Shown here in pieces: positions 35,547-44,604 of a stretch of DNA of 64,000 bases (position 1 is its first letter; each line of letters opens with the position of its first letter). Location: NCBI GenBank assembly GCA_965603825.1, contig CBFDEM010000035.1, positions 682,001 through 746,000 on the forward strand. The letters are read 5' to 3'. The notes under the pieces were generated by a model, which saw nothing but the letters and a program-made list of their open reading frames with translations, did no database searches and was not told the origin of the DNA. Origin of the DNA: Blepharisma stoltei ATCC 30299. Lineage: Eukaryota; Protista; Ciliophora. The translations under genes were made by a program, and so were the position numbers.

Positions 35547-36236
35547 ATGATAAGAAGACTTGTAGCTGAATTCGTAGGGACTTTCTTTCTAGTCTTTGGT
35601 GTAGGTGTGAGTCAAGGCCAGCCCTTCACAGTAGGAGGAACTTTATGGGCTGCTCAGATTTTCACAGGATTTTCTTCAGGTGGGCAATTCAACCCTGCTG
35701 TTACTTTAGCAATAATCACAAGAAAGCACATTACCAAAACCCTTACAACACAAGAACTCAAAGAGCTGATGTGCTTCATTGCCGCTCAAATAACTGGATC
35801 TATCATGGCAGCCCTCCTTTCTTGGGGAATCGTCCGATATGCTGCATATTTTGACGTTGCGCTTGGGTATAATAGAGGTGAGGCGTTTTTGGCTGAATTT
35901 TTATACACTACACTGCTCTGCGCAAATGCAATTATGGCTGGGGTTTTAACAGATTCGAATTTATTGGTAGGAGCCGCTGTTTCTATGAGTGTTACTGCTG
36001 GAGATTGGTCTGTTGGGAATATCTCTGGAGGGTGCTTTAATCCAGCTGTTGGGTTTGGAGTGAATTTGATACACTTGTTTAAGGATGGAGACCATTTTGG
36101 AAACACTTGGATTTACATAATTGCGCCGCTTATTGGAGGAATTATGGGAGGACTTACTTCGACGATTTTTATAAAAGAGTTGCAAAGCCAAAGGAGCAAG
36201 GTCGCAGAAGAAGATGATCATCAGCATTCAACTTAA
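35547..36236 (+). CDS. Aquaporin / MIP family channel
   Basis: LVAEFVGTF, SGGQFNPAVT, FLAEF, SGGCFNPAV, WIYIIAPLIGG. Confidence 0.95.
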   Translation: MIRRLVAEFVGTFFLVFGVGVSQGQPFTVGGTLWAAQIFTGFSSGGQFNPAVTLAIITRKHITKTLTTQELKELMCFIAAQITGSIMAALLSWGIVRYAAYFDVALGYNRGEAFLAEFLYTTLLCANAIMAGVLTDSNLLVGAAVSMSVTAGDWSVGNISGGCFNPAVGFGVNLIHLFKDGDHFGNTWIYIIAPLIGGIMGGLTSTIFIKELQSQRSKVAEEDDHQHST

Positions 36237-36425
36237 GTCTAATTAGCAAATAATATAAAACTCAATAATAAGCTGGTGTCCTGCTAAAGATAATATGCTA
36301 AATTCGCTAGAAATAAAAGCATTAATAGATATAAAATGCAAAACTCGTAGCTAAAATTGCATTTTATATGATTTTACTAAATTCAATATTTTAAAAAAAT
36401 TTACCTGAAAGTAAAGTCAAAGTAA

Positions 36426-37430
36426 ATGGAAGAAGAGAAAGAAGCATTAGAGAGCATAAAAGCATTATTCAAGGACGCCTTTATCAGGAACAGCTACTTA
36501 GATGATGAAAGCGTCACCAATGAAGAGCTACTAACCCTAGAGGACCTTTCACCTCTCGAAGTATATGAAAATTTAAAAGATCTCATAACAAATCTGCTTT
36601 TGTTTAAGGAAAACGTCATAAAATCCAACACTGAAACCACAAGCTTAATTAAACGCACAGAACAATTCGAAAATATGCTGCAGAAGCTGGAAGGCGAAGT
36701 CCGGGCTCACATAAGGACCGAGCAGCAATTGAAACTTCACATTGAAACGTGCCAATGCAAAATTGACGAGCTGGAAAGAAAAAGCTTAAAAGACCGCCAG
36801 CTTATTGAAACACAAACACAAGATATCGAGCAAAAAGCACAACAAATAGAAAAACTTAGAAAAGAAAAACCTATTTCTTCAGATGATGCCAGAATCAGGT
36901 CAAAAGATATTGAAGACAAATACAAAGACGAAATTTCGAAAATTGCTACACAGAGGAAACTCTCTTTACTTCATGGAGGGAGTGAGCTATTGAAGCCTAA
37001 TAAGGAAAAAGTGGCTTCAAAGATAAAAAACACACATGAGAGAAGTGAAAAATATGCGTATTTAAGATCACTTCTCGACCAAAAAAGCAAAGAATGCGAT
37101 CAACTAAGAAAAGATTACGAAAATTCTAACGAAAAAATTAACGACATTCGAGAGCAGCACAAGTCTAAAAACCCAATCAGTATGCTTCACCCAAAATTCA
37201 AATCAATGAGCTCAAGACATCCTGGATCTGGAGGAAAACTCAGTCGAAACTCCTCCACAAAAACAATGTGCGAAGTAATTGATTTATTTAAAAAATCAGA
37301 CTCAGCGCCTTTTTTTAAAAAGGAAACCCAGGATAATTTGAACTCTGCAAGAAAAAAGCGGAAAGAAGGCAAGCACGCAAGGAGTAACTCTGATAACTTC
37401 AAAGCTATGTTAATCGCTAAAGAAAACTAA
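36426..37430 (+). CDS. Coiled-coil hypothetical protein
   Basis: 334-codon ORF; FENMLQKLEGEVRAHIRTEQQLKLHIE heptad segment. Confidence 0.75.
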   Translation: MEEEKEALESIKALFKDAFIRNSYLDDESVTNEELLTLEDLSPLEVYENLKDLITNLLLFKENVIKSNTETTSLIKRTEQFENMLQKLEGEVRAHIRTEQQLKLHIETCQCKIDELERKSLKDRQLIETQTQDIEQKAQQIEKLRKEKPISSDDARIRSKDIEDKYKDEISKIATQRKLSLLHGGSELLKPNKEKVASKIKNTHERSEKYAYLRSLLDQKSKECDQLRKDYENSNEKINDIREQHKSKNPISMLHPKFKSMSSRHPGSGGKLSRNSSTKTMCEVIDLFKKSDSAPFFKKETQDNLNSARKKRKEGKHARSNSDNFKAMLIAKEN

Positions 37431-37457
37431 ATATACATAATTGTAAATTTAATTAAT

Positions 37458-37508
37458 CAGCCCTCTCCAACTTTGCTAGGATTTAAGCAAAGTCTTCACA
37501 TTTGGCTG
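37458..37508 (-). promoter_or_regulatory. SECIS element (type I-like) in the 3'UTR of the HMG-SelW gene
   Basis: Minus strand CAGCC-AAAT-G-TGAA-GACTTTGCT-TAAATCCT-AGCAAAGTT-GGAG-AG-GGCTG: 5-bp helix I, internal loop, UGA/GA core, 9-bp helix II, apical AAA. Confidence 0.82.
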
Positions 37509-37513
37509 GGGGT

Positions 37514-38245
37514 TTAAGGGAAATAAGGTTTTACAGCTTCTATCAGATCTGTGAGGGTCAAATAAGTGCTGCTTTTGTGATAAACGTCATTTTTCTCAGA
37601 ACCAATTTGTACTTGTACGTCAATTTCTCTTGATTTTCTGCTTTGCACTATAACTTGATCGCTTTTTAAATCAAGATTATTTATTAAAGACTTTGCCACT
37701 CTTTCTGAATTTCTTTTATATCCTCAAGATCCACATAAATACACAAAAACTTTTTTACTAGCAGCATTATCTTCACTTTTAATTTTTTCTTTTGGTTTTT
37801 CATCTTTTGTTTCTTCGGTTTTTGAAGGGACTTTTACATTTCTCTTCCTTTCTGGATTTTCAACTGGGGTTTTTGATCTTTTTTTATTATTTTTTGTTTC
37901 TTCCCCATCATCAATATATGCACTATCATTGCTTTTTGCCCCACAACTTAATGTAAAATAACCATCCCGCTCAAGTTCGGCAAGCTGGGACTTGTATCTT
38001 TTTGTATCATTTTCATGCTGTTTTTCAAAGCAGGACTTTTCTTCTTCAGAAAATTCCTTCCATCTCTTTTTTCCAATTTGACTAAGCTGTTTTAAAGTTA
38101 ATTTTTTGCCATCTTCTATAGGCTGAGTTTTGAGGTCTTCAATGAAGAACTGGTATGAGGACAAAGGCTTTCGAGGGTAAAGCTTATTTTCTTGTTTATC
38201 ATAAATACAGTCACTTGGAATTGATCTCTTTCTCCGTTTCTTCAT
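37514..38245 (-). CDS. HMG-box / SelW-like (Rdx) fusion, candidate selenoprotein (243 aa; TGA at 37724-37726 = Sec174)
   Basis: NLS-like MKKRRKRS; HMG box PRKPLSSYQFF..KRWKEFSEEEKSCFEKQHENDTKRY. C-terminal VFVYLCGS[TGA]GYKRNSERVAKSL matches SelW VRVVYCGAUGYK. SECIS-like hairpin in the 3'UTR. Confidence 0.85.
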
Positions 38246-38466
38246 TTTAAATGGGCGGGCTTAATAAATAATTATATTGATTTCATTATAATAGAAAATG
38301 TAATTTATAAGTCCAATATTTTAATTGCAATAATCCAAATTAGCTTAATTAAAACTGCTTATTACTTAAAAATCTATATTATCATTCCAGCTCTATAAAT
38401 AAGCCCGATATATTTTCATAAATAATTTTAATCTTTTATCAAGCATTATGAATCTGAAATTCTTAT

Positions 38467-38928
38467 TTAGGATTGGTTTGCGATATCTTCAAAGTTTTGT
38501 CCACCGACTAAATCCGGCACTTCTTCTTCTCCACCTTCTTTAGCTCCAGCTTGAACTAGCTCTTTTAGGACGTCTAGGTTTTTAGGCCCTAATTGAGTAA
38601 TAATTCCTGGCATCAGATCTTTAATAGTTTTCACTTCGCCTGCTCCTGAAACCACAAAGAAATTGTCTTTTATGTTAGCAGTCACTTGTGGGTTTACAAA
38701 ATGAAGCACAGTGTTGTCGTCTTTAAAGAAATTGACTTCTTCTATTGCTGGCAATGGCTGCACTCCGAGTTTTGATATAGAAGATCGTAATTTCTTGTCA
38801 TCTACCATAGTGGTTTTGTGAGGAACTTTGTTCTTGCGCTTCATTGAGCCTTTTCCACCGATTCTTGCGGATTCGCCAAACTTAGCTGCAAGTTTCGCAC
38901 GAGCTTGAAGGACTTCTGGGTCTTCCAT
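38467..38928 (-). CDS. BTF3: Nascent polypeptide-associated complex beta subunit
   Basis: RIGGKGSMKRK, DDKKL, IEEVNFFKDD..HFVNP, MPGIITQLGP, VPDLV..NFE. Confidence 0.95.
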   Translation of the reverse strand: MEDPEVLQARAKLAAKFGESARIGGKGSMKRKNKVPHKTTMVDDKKLRSSISKLGVQPLPAIEEVNFFKDDNTVLHFVNPQVTANIKDNFFVVSGAGEVKTIKDLMPGIITQLGPKNLDVLKELVQAGAKEGGEEEVPDLVGGQNFEDIANQS

Positions 38929-39012
38929 TTATTGATTATCTACCACAATATTAAAAATTCTAAGCAGAGTTACTATTACGAAACTAGAAAGATTCCAGCT
39001 TTAAATTAAAAA

Positions 39013-40383
39013 TTATGCTGATAATTTTTCTCGAAGCATTGCATGGCGCTTTCTTTTAAGTTCGTAAAGGGCATCGCTCTTCTGCTGGATCTCAGCAGAG
39101 GTTTCAGTGATTTCTTTTCTCAAGACTTCCAAATCAGAAGTCTCTTCTTGTGATGAGTGTAGCAGCTGCTTGTATTTTTTGCCTAAAAAAGAAATTTCAT
39201 TTTCCAGTTTTTCAATTGAATTTGCAATTTGGTCTTCGTTCATTCCCTGTGGCTCATTAATTCTTACTAATCCAGTAACAGATTTCTGAAAAGGCTTTTT
39301 TTTAAGCGAAGACTTCAAAGGCCTTTCGTCTTCTTTTTTTGCGCAGACATCACAAAGGGGAGACACAGGCCTTTTAATGATTTTAGCAGAAAAGTTTTTC
39401 TTAAACTTTTTTGGTTTGCCTCCTTTGTAAGGGGAAAGATCTTTCCGATTTGATGAGCTAGATAATGATCCTAAATTTGTTTTTGTAGATGACTTTTTTG
39501 AGCTGCTTAGCTTATATTCTTCTTTATAGGAAGAAATTTCTTTTCTGCTTGAAGGAGTTTGTAGGGATTCTGCATTGGAATTTGCTGAGGTCTTTTGTGA
39601 TCTATAAATTTCTTCGATTTCTTTTTGTAATATCTCTAATTGCTGTTTTTGATTTGATGCAGTTTCATTTAAACTTTTATTTTTAAATTCCAGCTCTTTT
39701 ATTTTTTCAATATAATCATTTTCTCTTATGCCCTCATCCTCATATAGCTAAGTAAATATTACTGCTTTTGGGTTCTTTGCAGACTTCTTCAGTAATTCGA
39801 CTTCTTCTTCCAATATATAGTTAGCTCTTCTAAGCTGAGAGTTTTCTTCTTCTATCAGTTTTTTATCTTTTTCAATCCTAATTAGCATATTTTCGCTATT
39901 TTTGTGCTCATTGATTTCATTAGCCAACTGTCTTTTCAAATGCTCAATTTCCAAGCTTAAATTTTCTTTATCTAATTTAAATTGCTGATAATTCATTTTC
40001 TCTTGACTGCTCTGGTGCCAAATATGATCATCTTTTATTCTCAATTTTTCATCATTGGTTGATAATTTTTCGCTCATTTCTTTAATTTTTTGCTCGAGCC
40101 CAAAAATTGTACTCTGCAAATATTTCTCTTTTTGACTTCAAATTTTTGCTTCATCTATCAGTCTTTCTTGCCACTTTTTGCTATCAAAGCTGCTTTTTGT
40201 CTCTATTGATGCTATTTTATCCTTTAATTGCGCATTCTCTGACTCTAGTGATCTTATTTTTTCATGGAGAGCCCTCATTGCGTTTGCATATGATCTCGAA
40301 TTATAATAATGATTTGATGCTGAAGGTGACGAAATTTCTGCAATATCTTTAATAGCTAATCGGTCAATATATTGCTCAGACAT
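39013..40383 (-). CDS. Coiled-coil protein with CEP57-like N-terminal motif; intron 39748-39762
   Basis: TGA=Trp at 40138 and a 15-nt intron removing a TAG join three ORFs in one frame. NAMRALHEKIRSLESEN resembles the CEP57 ALKNLQEKIRRLELER segment (weak). Confidence 0.72.
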
Positions 40384-40404
40384 TATTATTTTTCAAAAAA
40401 TTCA

Positions 40405-40962
40405 TTAATTACTAGTTACTTTTCTCGCTTCTTTTGCAAGCTCTATATAAGGCTTTCTTTCTTCTTCACCCATCTCTTTCCAGGCCGCTCTCAACTCTTT
40501 GGCTCTTTCTCTATATTTCAGCTCTGGCTTTTTTTCTTTGAGGGAAAGTATCTGACTCTTGTAGTAGCAGTTGAATGGAGTTGTCCTGGAGCGTTTGGTT
40601 TTTTGGGCAGCTTGCTTTGGGTTTTGAATGTAAGACTCATTGGCTTTAGAAAGTTTGGCTTCTACCTCTTCGAGTTGTTTTATGAGAGCTTCTTTTTGGG
40701 AAGTAAGGTCTATAATATTCTTATATACCTCTTTTTGTTTCTTGTGAAGGTCATTGAACTTTTCTTTTTCAAAAGCGTCAATTTCATGCCAGAGCTTGGA
40801 GAGGAATTTGGTGTCTTTGATATCGGAGTTTTCCTTTGCAAAAAGCCTAAAAGGTGCGAGGGGTCTTGAGATTAGGCTTCTGTGAATTTTAGATTCACTA
40901 GCTGAGGTGCTTTGTTGTGCTTCAGATTTTGGCTCGTTAGTTTGTGACATTTTATAAATCAT
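40405..40962 (-). CDS. HMG-box protein with two boxes
   Basis: RPLAPFRLFAKEN..LSKLWHEIDAFEKEKF and TTPFNCYYKSQ..AKELRAAWKEMGEEERKPYIELA. Start may be 40950. Confidence 0.85.
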   Translation of the reverse strand: MIYKMSQTNEPKSEAQQSTSASESKIHRSLISRPLAPFRLFAKENSDIKDTKFLSKLWHEIDAFEKEKFNDLHKKQKEVYKNIIDLTSQKEALIKQLEEVEAKLSKANESYIQNPKQAAQKTKRSRTTPFNCYYKSQILSLKEKKPELKYRERAKELRAAWKEMGEEERKPYIELAKEARKVTSN

Positions 40963-41189
40963 TTTTCGGCTAGCTATTTATAGTTTCGCGTATCTTTGGC
41001 GGTACTTAATTTCTTACTGTCTTAAAAATGATCAAGAGTATAAAAAATATTTAAATAGAAAAAAGGAAGGATTATCAATATTTTTAATTATATTAAAAAC
41101 CAGGCAAAATTATTTTATTTTTCCTAATCATCAATATCAATAATCGTCTTTTTAACAGTTAAAATTCATCTTCATATTTTAAATTTAAA

Positions 41190-41711
41190 ATGGCACTTGA
41201 ACTTCAGCATAACTGGAACGCTTGGTATGACCACGGTGACCCAAAACGAACCTCCAAATCCTATGAGCAAACCTTACATAAAATCTGTTCCTTCCACACA
41301 GTCCAAGAATTCTGGGGCTGCTACAACAACCTTCCAGTCCTTACAACTCTCAGCAATAAATCAGGCTACCACATAATGAAGACAGGAGTCAAGCCTATCT
41401 GGGAAGATCCTGAAAACTCAGGAGTCTGGCAGCTTCGAATAAAAAAAGAAGATGGGGTCCAAGTTTGGAAAGAAATTCTTATAGGACTTGTAAGTGGGCA
41501 ATACGATGCAGCCTTAGAAAACTTCCCAATCAACGGCGTGAGCATTTCCAATAAGCAAGGAGAATATCTTTTGAATATTTGGACTCACAATTCGTCAGAA
41601 AACAATAAAATTCCTGAATTCTTCTTATCATTATGCCCAAATATACAGCCAACCTCTTCCCCTTCTTTTAGATGCTGCAGCAACCTGATTGAGAACAGTA
41701 AAGACCTCTAA
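41190..41711 (+). CDS. eIF4E-family protein (divergent)
   Basis: LQHNWNAWYD, FHTVQEFWGCY, GVKPIWEDPEN, VWKEILIGLV, LNIWT. Confidence 0.9.
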   Translation: MALELQHNWNAWYDHGDPKRTSKSYEQTLHKICSFHTVQEFWGCYNNLPVLTTLSNKSGYHIMKTGVKPIWEDPENSGVWQLRIKKEDGVQVWKEILIGLVSGQYDAALENFPINGVSISNKQGEYLLNIWTHNSSENNKIPEFFLSLCPNIQPTSSPSFRCCSNLIENSKDL

Positions 41712-41746
41712 TTATTTTAAATTCTTATCTAAATCTGCTTAATTAC

Positions 41747-42376
41747 CTAACAACAGGCTTTCTTTTGACCTTTATCTTTCTTTCCTCCTGACAAATTGAT
41801 TGTTGGCTTGTACTCTTCTTCTTCTTTTACCTGAGAAAGGGCATTTCTGGCGATTGATTGGAATGCTTCATCGACATTTATAGCGTCCTTAGCTGAGGTC
41901 TCGAAAAACGGCATGTTTCCATTGTCTCTACACCACTGTGAAGCTTTGGCGTTTGCAACTTTTCTTTCGCTTTCCTTGTCGAGCTTATTCCCAAGCACCA
42001 CAAATGGGAAGTTTTCAGGGTCTTTAGGGTTGGACTGGCTTAAGAACTCATCTTTCCAGGAGCTGATATTATCGAAACTTTTACTTGAAGTTATGTCATA
42101 TACCATTACACAACAGTCAGCACCTCGGTAAAACGCAACTCCAAGGCTTTGGAAACGTTCTTGGCCGGCTGTGTCCCAGATCTGAAGAGTTACGAGTTTA
42201 TCATCAATCATTACTTCCTTGGTGAGGAAATCGGCGCCAATTGTGGCTTTGTATTGCTGGGTAAAACGCTTGTTTACGTATTGGTTCATGAGAGAAGTCT
42301 TGCCAACTCTAAGTAGTGGTTACGCTGAGTCTCCTAAGATGATTACTTTCAACAAATGTTTCCTGCCTGATGCCAT
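41747..42376 (-). CDS. RAB7: Rab7 GTPase; intron 42309-42323
   Basis: [10 protein letters not shown]|[55 protein letters not shown]-terminal CC. Confidence 0.96.
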
Positions 42377-42582
42377 ATTTTATAGTGCAACAAAAGAGTC
42401 AAAGAAAATTATTTATCAAAAAGAAACTTTATGCATTTTGGGTAAGGAAAATAAATAAAGATAGTGACTATGACAGATTATAGAAAAATCGAACTGGTTA
42501 AACGAGGTAAGACCCCTAAATAAAAATAATGATAAATATTCTTGCACATTTATTAGATAACCTTAAATTTATAAAGTATATT

Positions 42583-42630
42583 GTAATTGCCCGAGGATGA
42601 CGCAAGATAGCGCCATCCTCGGGCAATTAC
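42583..42630. repeat. GC-rich inverted repeat / hairpin
   Basis: GTAATTGCCCGAGGATG-A-CGC-AAGATA-GCG-C-CATCCTCGGGCAATTAC: 17-bp perfect stem, one mismatch, 3 more bp, 6-nt loop. Confidence 0.92.
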
Positions 42631-43852
42631 TATAGATTTAAAGAAGAAAAAGTGGTATATAAAAAGCTCTATCATTTTATAGCAAAGATGTTAAAAAATT
42701 TATTTAAACTATTGCTCTCTATAAATGCTGCTACAGCACTTATTTGCTGATTTTTCATAGCGTTTATAAGTCCTTTTAGGCCTCTTTCAAAAATAATTAG
42801 CTATTTGATAAAAGCAATGCGATTTAACGATGAATGTATTTAATCCTATTTTCAGCATTTCAAATTAAATAAGTTTTTAATTATAACTGAAAATATCAAA
42901 CTAAAACAGTTATATTTATGCAATTGCTAATATGAGTTATTGAACTATTATAAGCGATTTAGATCTTTTAAGTTATGACGCTATTGATAATTAAATAGGT
43001 CAAATTTAAATCAATTTAAACATTTTGAGCCGCAAAATGAGGCAACAAAGTTAATCTTAACGTATACAGCCACTTTAATAGAAAAGGTCTTCCAAAAAAT
43101 AAAAAAGATCCTTTATTGAAAGAAATCGAAACCAGGAGCAGCTCATAAAGACCGTCGGTAAGAAGTCGAAAGACCTGGAAGAGTTAAAAAATTAAGTTTC
43201 CAGCTTAAGGAAGAGCAGGTAAAAATGCATCATGAAAATATGAAAGTAGACTTATTAAAAAACAACCACATAAAGACCACGGAGGGGTACCAATCAAAGA
43301 AAGCATTACAGACTTTGGAGCTATTAATGAATAGAGAGAAAGGATGCCTAGACTTACTCAAGATTTATTGTCAAAGAAAAGATTTTACTGAAAAAGAAAT
43401 AGAGCATCGAGAAATTATTGGAAAATTAAGAAAATTCCAAGCTAAAGCTGAATTCAGTTTTCTACAACGCAAGAAAGCTTAGTTAATATCCAAGAAATAA
43501 GCAAAATCCTAGAAAAAAATTATTCATTTAAAGGAGGCATATGAAATTTTTGTAAATAATTGTTTAGTTCATCTGAACCCGATTCCAAAAGCTCTTGAGC
43601 CGTTTCTTGATTCAACTAAACGTTAGCTAAAGGATGCTAGGACTTTTCCCTTCAGCTTGCTATTTTTTGACTACTCTTTTGTAAAAAATCTAAAAATTCT
43701 TCTTTTGTCACTTTAAACGGCTCTACAAAAACTCTTTCAAAGGTATGACCCTTGCCAGAAATGTCCACGAAGTGAAATCACAGGACAAAGATAAAGGAGA
43801 GGTGAGCAGGAATACATATATAATTAGTATAATGACTGCTTATTATTTTATT

Positions 43853-44262
43853 TTAAATCTGCATTTTTTGGAGTAGTTCAATACGGTCTCGGCCTAATGC
43901 GTCATTAATAAAATTGATTTCTTCTTCAGGAAGGTTTCATTCATCCCCAGTGAAAAACCACTTACTTGATTTTCTTGCTTCAAATTATAAGCCCTATTAA
44001 AGTCCTGCAAAGCTGCTTCTTCTTGTCTGAGATTATTAAATACTCTAGCTCGGTTGCAGAAATGCAAAGGATTATTAGGTTCAAGTTTGATTGCCTCATC
44101 ATAGCATTCTATTGCTTCTTGATACCTCTCTAAAATATAAAGATTATTGCCTTTGCGATTATAAAATTTGGCATTATTTGGATTGATTTTGATTGCCTTA
44201 TCATAGCTTTCTACTGCTTCTGGGTGTCTTCCAAGTTCATCTAAAGCATATCCTTTATTACT
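43853..44262 (-). pseudogene. TPR-repeat gene fragment
   Basis: NKGYALDELGRHPEAVESYDKAIKINPNN..NRKGNNL..EAIECYDEAIKLEPNN..FCNRA. Preceded by an in-frame TAA with no ATG; frameshift near the 3' end. A homologous tail remnant lies at ~58640-58722 (+). Confidence 0.8.
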
Positions 44263-44604
44263 TTAAACTTAGAATCACTGTATTAAAATTTCACTTCTGA
44301 AAAATTATCATAGATACTAACTATCAAGCAAACTTGTATCAACTAATTCATAAAAAATCTTATTTGAGGTACAATCAATTAGTACACATGTGCGCTACCA
44401 CATGATTTTTATGGTTTTCTGTGGCAATTTCTGCACCAAATTAAAATCCATTCACGAGAAATAAACCAGTTTAGAACTATAAAACAAATTAAAATAAGCA
44501 CTAAGAACATAAAATATAATAGAACTGTTAGGATTATAATTTTTACCTGGGGAAATAAACTTTAACTAAGAAAAGAAATAATAGCTTATTATGATTCTAT
44601 AATT

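Noticed and set aside
37724-37726. Reading this TGA as an ordinary Trp or as the stop of a 173-aa HMG protein
   Set aside because: TGA is not used as a stop in any intact gene here, and the CxxU-GY context plus the downstream SECIS-like hairpin favour Sec. Partial Trp insertion is not excluded.
43000-43560. K/E-rich ORF 43225-43482 and surrounding coding-like sequence
   Set aside because: Probably a decayed coiled-coil gene, but no family is recognisable and the frames are broken.
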